Shown here piece by piece: positions 1-12,660 of a stretch of DNA of 64,000 bases. The first letter of the stretch is position 1. Each line of letters begins with the position of its first letter. The notes under the pieces were generated by a model. That model saw nothing but the letters and a program-made list of their open reading frames with translations. It did not search any database and was not told the DNA's origin. Origin of the DNA: Podarcis melisellensis (Eukaryota); assembly GCA_964234715.1 (NCBI GenBank), contig OZ174279.1. One strand, written 5' to 3'. A program made the position numbers and the translations under genes.

Positions 1-718
1 AGCTAAAAAACAGAATACTTTTACAGTATCCAGCTGTGGGATATCGAGTGAATGAATTGTTCTCTGTAAAAGGAAATGCTTAGTTTATATAAATAATATC
101 ACAATTCCTTGCGCTGCCAAGGAACATGATGCTATATTACTGTCTAGATATATTTATTCCACATTGTGTCTGACTTCACCTACCTCAAGCCAAGGTTATG
201 CTCCATTATATATAACTTACCGTGTCTTGATATCAAGGAAACCGTGACAGGTGGACGACTCACATGTCCCAGAAGGAATCAACTGAAAATATCTGAACTA
301 ATCAAGGCCGATCAATTATACTTGCCATTTTGTCCATAACTTTGAGATTCACTGAACAGGTCAGACCAAAGCATATAACTTTTATGTTATCCTCAGTCAT
401 TTTAAGGCCTTCTTTCTTTTCCTCAGGACTGTCGCCTGAGTTCAGCTTTTGAAAAGAAGAAGACGGTCTTAGAAAGGGTGAGATACTTCCTTATTTATTA
501 TTGATCAGCCAGAAGCTTAAAGATTCAATGCAAGCTTCTGTGTTACACAGAAGTCTTCTTCTATCATTTATATGTGAAGCTTCTTACCTTTGAGGCTGTT
601 AAACCAACCTTCACAAAAGTAGAGGGGCAAAAGAACTGGTGACACACATGGCAATGCAAAAAAATCAAATATCTTTGCACTAGTAGGAAGGATATTTTGC
701 CTCCACACTCAGATGCAG

Positions 719-1244
719 TTAGGAAATTAAAAGACGCCTGCTTCTTGGGAGAAAAGCAATGACAAACCTAGACAGCATATTAAAAAGCAGAGACATCACC
801 TTGCCAACAAAGGTTTGTATAGTTAAAGCTATGGTTTTCCCAGTAGTGATGTATGGAAGTGAGAGCTGGACCAAAAAGAAGGCTGATCGCCGAAGAATTG
901 ATGCTTTTGAATTATGGTGCTGGAGGAGACTCTCGAGAGTCCCATGGACTGCAAGAAGATCAAAGCTATCCATTCAGAAGGAAATCAGCCCTGAGTGCTC
1001 ACTGGAAGGACAGATCCTGAAGCTGAGGCTCCAATACTTTGGCCACCTCATGAGAAGAGAAGATTCTCTGGAAAAGACCCTGATGTTGGGACAACAGAGA
1101 ACAAGATGGTTGGACAGTGTTTTTGAAGCTACCAGCATGAGTCTGACGAAATTGCGGGAGGCAGTGGAAGACAGGAGTGCCTGGCGTGCTCTGGTCCATG
1201 GGGTCACAATGAGTCGGACACAACTAAACGACTAAACAACAACA
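719..1244 (+). mobile_element. 5'-truncated BovB (RTE-clade) LINE: C-terminal end of the RT ORF plus (CAA)n tail
   Basis: ORF 759-1235 (MTNLDSILKSRDITLPTKV..VKAMVFPVVMYGSESW..KKADRRRIDAFELWCWRRL..PWTARR..LKLRLQYFGHLMRR.DSLEKTLMLG..WRALVHGV) is the characteristic BovB RT C-terminus. The tail reads ACTAAACAACAACA. A near-perfect 14-bp TSD flanks it: ACACTCAGATGCAG (705-718) and ACACTCAAATGCAG (1245-1258). There is an in-frame internal deletion after LMLG. Confidence 0.95.
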
Positions 1245-1311
1245 ACACTCAAATGCAGCCACAAGGCAATGTAGGGGGTGAAACAACTTTCTGAAATATA
1301 TAGTAGATGCT

Positions 1312-2475
1312 TGTCATGGCCTCAAACCAATTTCCTCAAGGTTGAAAAAATAGTTGCAGCTCCAAACTTTGCTATGTTGAAACAGGGTACCCAGAATATT
1401 TTTAAAGAGCATTTTTAAAAAATCCACAGCACACTGCAAAAGAAAAGAAAAGAAGTGATAAACAATGTGACTGAACAAAAGAATTAGTTTTTCTTTTGAA
1501 TTGGAGAACCAAAGTGTTCTCCTTTGACTGTTTGCTACTCATCACTGACAGTTTACAGGAAACAGAGTAATAGAAACATTGCCAAAGACTATTATCTCCT
1601 TGGCGTTTTGGTGCCTAGGCTTAAGAAAAGGGCACATGTTATCAGCTGTACGCCACTCTCAGTTCACTACAGGAGACTGTAAGAAAATGGTCTAAAAACT
1701 GGCAATCAATAACTGGATATGTGAACACTGTGTGTCATTAAATGGCCTGATATTTAGATCCTCCTCAAAACACAAGGTGATACTGAGGAAAATAACTAGG
1801 AAAGAGAAAGAAACAGAAGTGTAATTCAGGAGAAGAGGGCCTCGTAAGGAAGTTGTACTACAGTATTTCTGAATTAGGAATCAGTAGTGCAACTAGGCTT
1901 CTGAATTCAGAATTCGGGGGAAAAACTAGCCATTTCCCAGCGTTTGGAGGAAATTACTTGTTTTTACTGAGACCAATTCCATATTGAGCCCCGAGGGTGA
2001 GTGGGCGGGTTCTCCCATCACTAATTTAAAGCCTGAAAGAAATTTGAGGAGTTGGGTGGTTTTGTGTGGAGTTCCTACAGCATAGCTGTGTGTGGACCAA
2101 TTAGTGGATGACCTGTTTTGTTCCTCTCTTCTCTAAGTCCTTTTCATTGCGTAGGAGAATTTCCCAGCGGATTGTGCTGTTTGTGTGTAGTGTAACAATA
2201 ATGGTGGCAAAGGAAAGCAGCCACATGCTATTTCCCTCTTGTAATTGCTTAACAATGTTTGAAAGGCCCCGATTGTTAGTAGGAAGCTGCTGATCTTGTC
2301 AGTCTAAAGCTACTGATTTTCATCCCTTCGACATATATTTATTTATTTTTTACGAGTGGCATATTCTTTATTGAAATAGGTATACCTAGTTCTTATTACC
2401 AGGTTTGACCCTGGTATCTTAAGAGGCATTAAGCACTTTCAACTTGCTTTGAGTGATCCAGAACTCTTTGTGACA
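1312..2475 (+). mobile_element. Possible solo LTR (boundaries uncertain)
   Basis: TGTCA...TGACA termini, a GC box GTGGGCGGG (~2001), a TATA-like TTTAAAG (~2026) and LTR-like composition. Only 3 bp (GCT) of flanking duplication. Confidence 0.3.
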
Positions 2476-4285
2476 GCTTCTAGTACTGATGTGCTAAAGA
2501 ATACAAAGATCTGATTTATCCCTATGGGTGATAATACAGTATTCAATTTATTTTGTTGTCTTGGAGGCAGCAGAGATAAACGTAGGCTGCTGGAAGGAGG
2601 TGATGTAGCTACCTAGAACAGAACAAAAATGACTTGGTGGGCAAAAGATAGTTGCCTCCATTTGCAGTCCTAAATCCATTTATCTGAAAGTAAGCAACAC
2701 TGAACACAATGGGTCTTTCTTTTGAGTAGACATATATAGAGCATCACCATTTATAACTTTGTTTCTTAAAAGTAATAATTAAATAAATCACTAGAGTGAA
2801 GAAAGATTTGATTGAAAACTGTTTTCATGAATGACTGATTTAAAAATATAAATTATTTCTAAACTATGAACATATAGAAACTTAACCATTACAACTGATG
2901 GAAAAATATATTTAATCAGCTTTTAGGATTACCAAGCAAAGCTCCATATACTGCCTCTGGGCCACACACAGAAACACACACGCAAATGAGAGAGAGAGAC
3001 TCTCATATCTGCCTCTGCAGATGTGTAGCACAGGGATATGCTTTGTCTGGTTTAATGCTTGTACCTGAACAAGATAGATTTGAGCATCACAACAAAATGT
3101 TCCTGGTAGTATTCAGCTCTGCACCTTTGTCAGACCTTTGCTTTCTGCCGGCACAGGGACTGATTTAGTGGCAGTATCAACTAATTTACTTGTCTAATTT
3201 GATGTTTCTATGAAACCGGCAGATTCCTTACTTAAACTCAATTTTCTCCAAACTTTAATTCTCTTAAGTAATTTAATGCCTCCTTACAAGCATGTTGACC
3301 TTCACTTGCTTGTTCCATTAGTTAGTTTAACTAGAAATCACCCTTTTGCTCTCACATCTTAGCGACAGCAACTTTCCTGTTCCATACTAATGGAATCAAT
3401 GTGTTTCTGTATGTGGGGAAGTGTTTTGCACTAAAGGGTTCTATATTTTTCTCAGCCATTCTGATCTTTCTATTACATTGGCTATATATCTCAATTGATT
3501 GCATTCTTTTTGTCAAATTATATAAACCATTCCTTTCTACTTCTCGTAACTGGTTTTTGCTATCATCTCAGAGGCTCACCACAAGGCAGCAGCGATTTCT
3601 GCCCTGTGTTTTTCACAATCAACGCTGTTTCTGTTTGGTACAGTTCAGCTGCCACTTAAGTCTACATTATTTGTCTCACCATTAGCCTTGGCAGAAATGA
3701 ACATAATTACATAATGAATTTTAGTGCATTTCAATGGAAGGGAAACATCAAAAGCAATGCAGAAAATAACTTAATTTTTTTATATAATGCTTGCAGACTA
3801 TTGGTCATATTCACTTGCGTGATTTCCAGATGAACATGTGAATTGTGGCTCCCATTTCCGTTTCTGACAGAATTCTCCAACATCTGACATTCAGTACAAT
3901 CCTGCTTGCATTTACTCAGAATGATGTTTCTTGTGACGAGTGTGATTTATTCCCATAATAGGTGTGCATAAGGCTACAACCCCCATATTTGTTCAAAAAG
4001 ATGATACACACAAATAAATTTAAGTAAACTTCACTTTGAAACATATTTAGTTTTCTGTAACTCTTCTCCCTTCCTCATCTTCTCCCTTTTCTCCTAGCCA
4101 TGAACAAAGTCCCTTGGCTCCTTTATTTCCTGCATCTCCCTTGTGGACCTTCTGTGCCTTTGAACCCCCACTCGAAGAATAATTCAATTAACAAAAAACC
4201 TTTTGTGAGCTGAAGGGGCTTTCCCATCCATATAAGTATACAACTATGATCAATTGTTCAGGTGCCAGTTCAGATTCATGTATGC

Positions 4286-5029
4286 CAGGAGTGGGGACCC
4301 CCCCTTTTTTGTTTGTTCAAGGATTGCATTACTTTCTGGTAATTACCTTCAGAGGCCCTCTCATCAGGGTTGGGTAGGGCCAGAGGCAAAAGTGTGTGGA
4401 TGACAGGAGTGGGTGTCAGAAGTAGGTTTTTATTCAAGGTATGCTCAGGAGGCCAGTCCTAGTGAGCACAGCAACTGTTCCTAGTAGATCTTGTCCCTTT
4501 GAGGCAGTTGTGGGGACTAAAGGCACCTGCCTCTTCACAGTTGCCTAAGTCTCCTCCTCCCACAAGTCGTTCCCAAGGAATCTGACATTCTGTTGCCTTG
4601 TCTAACTTTGCTCCTCCCTCTTCATACCTCTTCTGGTTCTGGGAAACCAGTGGGGAGGGGAGCTGGCCACTGCTTCTACAGCAGCCTAACTTATCTCTGC
4701 CTCTTGGCTCCTGTCCTCTCCAGTCTCTGCTTCTGCCACTGCTTCTGGACTGCCGCAGACTCTTCCTGCTCACTAAACTATCTCTTCAGCTTCCGATGCC
4801 TCCTCCTCCCAGTCTTCTCCTTCTTCTCCCTCTGACCACTTGTTGCCATCCCACCACCAATTCCATGGCTCTAAGTTTTCTTCCCTTGGGGGTTTCCAAG
4901 CTGGTGCCTCCCACCACTGGAATGAGAGGTTGTGGTGTGTGTGTGTGTGGCCTGGGAGCAGTCCCAAGGAGCAGACAGAGAGACCTGGAAGGCCGGATTT
5001 GGCCCCTGGGTCTCAGGTTCTCCACCCCG
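4286..5029. mobile_element. Old non-autonomous hAT-like DNA transposon
   Basis: Termini CAGGAGTGGGGACC...GGTTCTCCACCCCG with a subterminal GGCCGGATTTGGCCC motif. Degenerate 8-bp flanks ATGTATGC/ATGCAAGT. The CT-rich interior explains the spurious ORFs at 4459-5106. Confidence 0.6.
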
Positions 5030-8015
5030 ATGCAAGTGGCGAGTCAAGAGATCTGCAGATTAAACTACCACCCAGAAGAATGGCAAAGGATGTATTAATA
5101 GTGTAGATCTGATGTTTAAATTGGTACAATAAGGGGAGGGGAATGGGATTAAAGAGTTTTAGGCATAAAGCTGCACAGTGACACTCAGAAACAAACCTGA
5201 AAATAATTTTAAGACAGCAAGAAAGGAAAGAACTCACTTGGGGGTGTCGGCAGAACACCAGAAGAAAAGGCCAGACTGACATTGCTTGGTTTTATTAACT
5301 CATTCATAATTAGGCCCTAGCTTAGCTACAAGTCATCTTGTGCCATATGGGCTAATATAGAGCTGAAAGTTACCCCCCATGCAGGTGACAGTCTGTCACA
5401 CTGAAGGCAGATTAGCATAAAACAAACAACAATACTCCCTTAATTATAGCGGCACCATTTGCAATGCCATCACTAAGGGTGTGTAAGCACTTCCATTATA
5501 ACTCCTTATCCTTAAGATTTTATTAAAGAGCCATAAAAAGTCTCAGAAACAGAATAAATCCTTCGTTGAATTTAACAAAGGATGTCGTGGGGTGGGGTGG
5601 GGGGGAAGGAATGTGAGAGCACCAGATACATTAAAGGAGACAAATCACGCTAGAGAGATAGAGGAGGAGCGGAGCGGAATCCAAACAGCTCCTGCTTGGA
5701 TGAATTTGCAAACTAATTGGCCACTTGGCTCAACTTTGATAAAAATAAAAACATGAAAGCATCTGAATTATTAACACTTGTCACTTAGTTTCTGTTCATG
5801 CACATCACCTTTTCTGTAACTTTTTTTCTAATGTGCACATCCATGACAAAAAGCAATGGTAAAAGAAAGGCGCTGGAGGAAATATTATGCGGATGAGCTG
5901 ATGTGATGTGGAGTAGTGATCCCATAGATAATGCCATGAAAGCAAAAATGATCACAGTCCTCAATCACATGTGAATTGGTGGGGGCGGGGCAGAACTCTA
6001 TAATACAAATGATACAGATGATTATAATTAGCACAACTGACACACACATAACTATATGATACAGACGTGAATGCATGTTAATCATATCAGAGACTACCTC
6101 TTTTTGAATGTTATATGAAGTCTTTTCTAAAAAGTAACAGGTAGCAGTTTCCTTCCCCTCCATTTTTTTTTGTCAGCTTCCACATTCCTTCCACCAACTG
6201 TAGGGGATCAAGGCTATTACCAAGCAACTTACTTTTTAAATCGAATATTCAGTTACATTTTAATAAAGTTGCATATTCCATAAAAATGTTTTAAAGATAC
6301 TAGATGAAGCAGAAGAGATCCTACTGTTTAATTAATAAAAATTAGTGCATTATCAGCATCTCTGATGCCTGTTCTGCCCCTTAAAATGTTATTAATTGCT
6401 GTTGTTGTTATTTTTCTAGTGCTGAATAGAATCTTATAGCATCACTCTAGGGCAGAATGAGGAATCAAAATGGCAGCTCCCAAGATTCAGCTGCCCAGTG
6501 CTGATCAGTGTGTTGTTGCCTCTTGCCATTGCCACCACTGCTAAGTATACCAATCAGGAGGACCTTGTGGTGTAGGAGGCATCATATCAGATGGCAATGC
6601 ACTAAACTCCTCAAATCTGGAGTTGACCCTGAACAAAAGCTACAACTACAACAATTGCGTTTTCATTTTGTGACAGTAACACACCAGAAACAAATTAGTT
6701 TTCAAAATTAATCCATGTGCCTCTAAGTAGAGGCTCCACTGAGTAAGTCTTCACCAATTAAAATTGTGAGGTGCTAGTTAACCAACAAACACATTACCCA
6801 TACAAATGATTAAAGCTTTCAGCCTTGTTGGTTTACTTTTGTTTCTGGAGCAGGCGGTCTTCCCAAGTTTGTTTTGTTTTTGATGTGTGGGGCGTTGGTT
6901 TGGCTTTGAATGGAGTGAATTTTGCAGTGCAGAGCATAGAGGGGTTAAATTTCTCTCTTGCTGTCTCCTTGCCTGCTGATGTGACTCTATGGTTTTTCAA
7001 ATGCTATAATGCTAGAGGATGCCAAATGTCCTGCCATTTAATAACTAGTAGCCTACAGAGCTCTTTTCAAAATGCCACTGCTCTGAGCATCTGTTGTTAT
7101 TAAGCAAGATGATCACATTTTTGTGCAGGACTTCAGTTCTGCTTTTCACATCACTTACAGAGCAGGAATAATATGCAGTTTGTGTATAACACAATCACTT
7201 CTCAGAACATCAAGCCAATTGCTGTTGTTTCAGGGTCCTGATTTATTATAGATTGTAAAAATAAATAAACTTTGGCCTTTATCCTCCCCAATAAATGTTA
7301 CAAAAGTGCCCTGGAATCAGCAGAGTGTCAGCAATTAAAACCATTTAACATTATAATAATTAAAAATGCAACACTCTGGTGCACACAGCACCAGCTCCCA
7401 TAAAAAAGCCACATTGTCAGTCCTTAATAATTATGTTGTTCTGAAAGGCAGAATGAAGAAGGGAGAAAGGTTAGGATAAGGCTGGCAACCTGCTGGAGTC
7501 CTTTTTGCTGTTCATTGTTCTGGAATTGTTTATTCTGCATCCTGGTAAAAAAATTAGTTAACAGATGTGAAGGAACGCCCTCGGCTTGCTACCACATCTC
7601 TCTCCAGCATAAAATGACGGATAATGTTAACAACCAAAGCAACAGCTGGATCTAAGCATGTCATTTTTTCCTGGTAGGGAAGAAGGGCTGTTAGGCTATT
7701 ATTGAACAATTTAACAGAGAATAAGGTTCTCACTAGATATCCCTCTAATGATGTTGGAGGCAGTTGGAATAGGCTTTTGTGCAGTTTTACCTTGTTGTAT
7801 ATGCAGGCACCTGCATGAGGAAATATCCACTTGAGTGCAATGCTATTCACCCACCATCCAAATCTAAATGTGGAATCTTACTTTCACACTTACTCATCTT
7901 TCTAAGTCTATCGCTATTCCTGTTGGCCCTTGCTGATCTTCTTCCCTTGGTTTCTGATGTATGTGCGAAGTGTTGCTGAGACAGGTCAGATGGAAACCAC
8001 TTCCTACAGGATATA

Positions 8016-8241
8016 CAGTGGTACCTCAGGTTAAGAACTTAATTTGTTCCGGAGGTCCATACTTAACCTGAAACTGTTCTTAACCTGAAGCACCACTTTA
8101 GCCAATGGGGCCTCCTGTTGCCGCTGTGCCACTGCTGCACGATTTCTGTTCTCACCCTGAAGCAAAGTTCTTAACCCAAGGTACTATTTCTGGGTTAGCA
8201 GAGTCTGTAACCTGAAGCATCTGTAACCTGAGGTACCACTG
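8016..8241 (-). mobile_element. Tc1/mariner (pogo/Tigger-like) MITE
   Basis: TIRs CAGTGGTACCTCAGGTTA...TAACCTGAGGTACCACTG with TA on both sides. It is a reverse-orientation copy of the elements at 36193 and 63264. Confidence 0.92.
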
Positions 8242-8462
8242 TACAGGAACAAAAAGTCAGAGGCGGTTTTAGGAGAGCATGACTGCTTCAGAGCCTTGAG
8301 GGCGCCAACACAAGTATGATTTAGAATGGAGCGCAAGAGGCAGAGTGGCACCAGATTCTGGTGTCACACAGGGCACTGCTGAAATTTGAGACCCAAGGTC
8401 CACCACTGATAAAATGCTACGTGCTGGGAAGGGGCCAGAGTTTAGCGGTAGAGAAGATAATC

Positions 8463-8713
8463 TAGGGTTGCCATATTTCAAAAAGTGAAAACCCAGAAAC
8501 AAAAAGTTTTGTCCAAAGTTGCTGAGTTTGTGTGTGTGTAAAATCTCAAAAAAGTGGGGTTTTGAGCTTTTTAAAATGGAATTCGCCAAAATCTACACTT
8601 CCAACTTGGGTTGCCATACATCTGGATTTTCCAGGACATTTTTAGAGATTTTCACCCTCATGCGGTCTGAATACTGGCTATGCCTGGGAAATTCCAGATG
8701 TATGGCAACCCTA
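8463..8713. mobile_element. hAT-like MITE with TAGGGTTGCCA TIRs
   Basis: TAGGGTTGCCATA...TATGGCAACCCTA. A second internal TIR copy at ~8607 (GGGTTGCCATACATCTGGA) pairs with the right end. Flanks are GATAATC/GATAACC. Confidence 0.75.
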
Positions 8714-10192
8714 GATAACCAGGTAACAGGTAATACAAGTATCTCTGCTGCTGGCCACAGTAATAGAGGGCTACAAATAGTCTTACCTGATTTAAGGCCA
8801 ATGTTACTTTGCCATTGGTGAAGAAATAGGAAGCAAAATGATGGGGGGGGGACTAAGGTGGCCCAGCTGCATTGTGCATGGAGATGAGAACAGAGAGGAC
8901 CAGGGAGATGTATAGATGAGTGAGAGGGTGTATTTGACATCTTTGTTTGAGAGAGCCAGCCAAAGCTTTGACTATGTCCCTCTAGTATGAATTTACTTGT
9001 TTCTTGCTCCCAAGCAAATGAATGAAGTGATTCCACCTACATTGTGTTCCCAGGGTGACATCAACAGGATTTGGTGCCAGCCGAAGAAACCAGATGTCTC
9101 CACAACTCTTAGAGGAAACATTTGGAAATACAGATGCTCATATGTGCAGCCTCAGCTCTGACTCATAACCAACACATTTTTTTTAAAGGGGTACCCTGTA
9201 CTTTGTGCTTCATGAATATACACGATTTCCTGCAGGGCTTGTACAACATTTCATGTGAGGAAGAAATTTTGTCCAGTGGACAACAAGTAATTATTTCAGA
9301 TTGCTCCCTAGGGTCTGTTTCTTTCAATCTCCTTTTTTGTTTATAAATTCAGAGTGGGGGCATGTGTGCATGAGGCATATAAGGTAATATTTTGCTATGG
9401 ATAATATTACACATTATTGAGAGGCATGCTGGAGAATATACTATATACTGCTCCAAAGCATAGCTCTCTTGAAACACCATTTCCTCTGCTGGGCTGCTTC
9501 AGATCAAGCTTTTTTTAAAAGGCAACTTACAGCAGTTGAGTGACTTTAAATTGCCACTAGCCTTGTGCCAGTCCGAGCTGGTCAGAAATGGCTAGTACTA
9601 GGAGACCTTAATGTCACATTTGTTGCAGGACCATTGAATACAGATTGGGATAAATTTCATTTGAAGAGGCACGGTGACATGTAGAAAACATGTGAATGAA
9701 TTCTGCTTATGCTCTGTGACCTTGAACTTCCTCCTTCCTGGCTTATGAGATGTAGCTTGGGAAGTTGACCCGGCGATTCCAGGGAGTAGTTAATAGGCCC
9801 AGAGAACAGAACAAACCTTGGTGACAGAGCTTTATCACAAGCTTAGTATGGGATAACATACCATGGCAAACCTTGACTTTGAATAGCAGGCAGGGAAGTA
9901 AAAAAAATCTAGGGAGGAGCAAATTGCCTGTGAGCTCCTCTCTGGGATTCTATATGTTTGAGTGGTCCAGCAAGCCATTGTTTACTGTGATGTGCAAACT
10001 AGGCCGATTTGTGGTATGTGGTTAGGGATACATGTAGGCTTGGCAACAGTGCTTAAAGGCTATTCCCAGACAGCCGTAATTCTGAAAGATCATTCACTGG
10101 CATTTTATGAGACAGTGTACCACCTCCACTGAGCAATGTCACTGAAAAGATATCGAGGGGCTTAGTTGCAGCACAAACCCCAGAGGAACAAA

Positions 10193-10463
10193 CAGTAGTG
10201 GCTGATGCCCATTGGGACTGGTGGGGCAGTATACAGGGTGGCCAAAAGTAGGTAGGCCAAGATCCAATGAGAGGTGGAGTCCACTGTTTCTAGTTTTGTC
10301 CCTCTCCTCCTCCCTGCTGAGTTTTAGAACAGCAACAGCTGACAGGCAGTGCTATCCGCCAAACTGGGTGGAAGTAGGAAGGCAGGCAGGTGGGCACTGA
10401 CTGAGAGCAGAATTAAACTGGTGGGCCAGTCCCTCATTTGCCCTAATAAACCAGCCTCCACTG
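10193..10463. mobile_element. hAT MITE
   Basis: TIR CAGTAGTGGCTG...CAGCCTCCACTG and a perfect 8-bp TSD GGAACAAA (10185-10192, 10464-10471). Confidence 0.85.
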
Positions 10464-10599
10464 GGAACAAAGAAATGGGGGTATGTGCCTGGGCACAGTG
10501 CCTTATCCATAAGAAGTCACTGCTTAATGACTAAGGGGTCTGACAGGTTCTCTTCTGAACAGGTCATATAGATGGTGGGACCATAAAGAGGCCTCTGGG

Positions 10600-10688
10600 A
10601 TAATAATAATAATAATAATAATAATTTATTATTTATACCCCGCCCATCTGGCTGAGTTTCCCCAGCCACTCTGGGCGGCTCCCAATCA
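10600..10688 (-). mobile_element. 3' end of an L2-type LINE with (TTA)n tail
   Basis: Reverse complement reads GGGAGCCGCCCAGAGTGGCTGGGGAAACTCAGCCAGATGGGCGGGGTATAAATAATAAAT followed by a (TAT)n tail, a typical lizard L2 3' terminus. Confidence 0.75.
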
Positions 10689-12636
10689 GTTTAAAGATGA
10701 TGCCAGAGCAGGAAGAGAGCAGCACTTCCAAGATACTTCGTATGCTTATTGCTGATAAAATGTCATTGCTCAGTCCCAAGTTTCTGTCTTTCATATGTGG
10801 TGTAAAGCATGCTTACAAATTTGGTTAGGTCTGCTACTCAGTGTTGCTCTAAATTCAGGTTAAGTTGTAAAGAACGAAGTGAGGCATAAAAGAAAAACGG
10901 GACATGGATCTTTTAATTCCATTCTCCTGCTTGGCAGCCAATTTTTGTTATAATCCACAACTCTTACCTTTCTTCTCTCCAATTTAGGATCATACATCAA
11001 CCGGGTCCCTAACTAGCTCACCCAATTCCCCTCTAGGCCTTGGAACCCTGCCATGATACCGCTTGTGCCAGTTCAGTCCTTCTCGGCGCTATAGCCGTTC
11101 CTCACAACCTTCACAGCCTTTTCTCTTTCTAGACGCTCCAAATACATGATCCCTTCCAACCAAAAATATATCATTGTTCAGATGACAGTGCACAGCAGAA
11201 AATGCTGAAAAGAAACAGAGGTTTTTTCCTAACAACCTGCTTTAGCAATAGTGGCACAAACAGGTTTTTCATTGCTGAAGTTAAAGTGGTCGTAGATCTC
11301 TTCATTACTTGGCATGGAAAGAAATACCTTTAAGTCTTCCACAGTGTGAGTGTAATTCTGAAATTGTGAAGCTGCCTTCAATCAGCTCTGCTTCTCCCCT
11401 GGCTCTCACCAGTCATGCTTTGTACCCTCCTTGAGTGATTTTGCCTGGCTGTAGTGTGTCTTGGACTTTGGATAATCATGGGCTAGGGCCCATCCACATT
11501 TTGGTTTGTCCCATGATGTCAGGGACCCAAACCTTCTGCTTACTGCTGGATTAGAACAAGCATCAATCTGCAGAAAACCTAACTGATGGTCATCCCAATT
11601 TTGCAGCAGGATAAAGGAAAAAAACCCTCGAACCCAGCACTGGATTCAAAGGACAACAAAAAAGCCATCATCTATGTCTCTTTGTTACAGTCTGTCAATC
11701 TCAGCTCACTTGGAGTTCTGTCCCTCCTTCACATTCTCACTGCTAACTGATTCCAAGGACCTCGCCCCAGCCTATGTCATTCAAAGCGGAAACCCTGAAC
11801 CTGGCCTTTGCCTCTGCCCACTGGCACCCAGCAAAGAAGGAGCCCCACTCCTCCTTGCCTGGCAGTTTTACCTGCTGATGGTTTCCCACTAATGGCCCAT
11901 CCAGCTAGCTTTGCCAAGCTGGCTTGGCTTCTTAGCTTAACAAAATCCAGACGGGGTTCCATGTTTCTCAAAGTTTAAAGAAACCTAATTCTAACTTTAC
12001 TAAATCCAGGAATTATGGGAAGGATCTGGCACCCAGGAATTTAGATGAATCTGCCCCCCATCATAAAATCCTCAGGAAATGGAGGGCCATATCATTGTGT
12101 GATCCACCCAGAAATTCCCTGGGTCCTACCTGTGGGTCATAACCCACAGCTTGAAATACACATAGTTAAAGGATTCGACTGGATTTACTGGAACTAGTGG
12201 AAAGTAGCTTGTCACACTTCCATGCTGGACAGTTTCAGGCTGGCATTAAAGCATTTACTGCCACCAAAACATCTGCATTCATCTCCTATACGATTTTGCA
12301 AGGGGAAGAGACCTTGGCCTGCTTTTGGTTTTTGGTTTAAGTTTTTCAAGCTGGGAGAGAGTGTGTTAAAAGGCAAGGGCTGGAGAATCAAAATGAGGTT
12401 TCTAATTCTCTGAGACATTTGAATAATATTTCCCACTATCTGCTAGCCCAGCTCAACTGAGTGATTAGTTCATCTCTCCACCGCACAGCATGCAAACGGT
12501 GCTGTCAGTGGAGCTAAGTCACTGGGAATCGATGATGGATCTTTGCAGGAGCTTCTGTTCAATCAATGTGTGCAAACATCTACTCCTCACTATGTATGTG
12601 GTAAACACTTTCAATGTATGTCTCCTAGTTTATTCA

Positions 12637-12660
12637 GTGTGTGTGTGTGTGTGTGTGTGT
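12637..12660. repeat. (TG)n microsatellite
   Basis: Direct reading. Confidence 0.95.

Noticed and set aside
4459-5106. Pro/Leu/Ser-rich ORFs up to 166 aa
   Set aside because: They lie in the CT-rich, stop-poor interior of an old hAT-like element.
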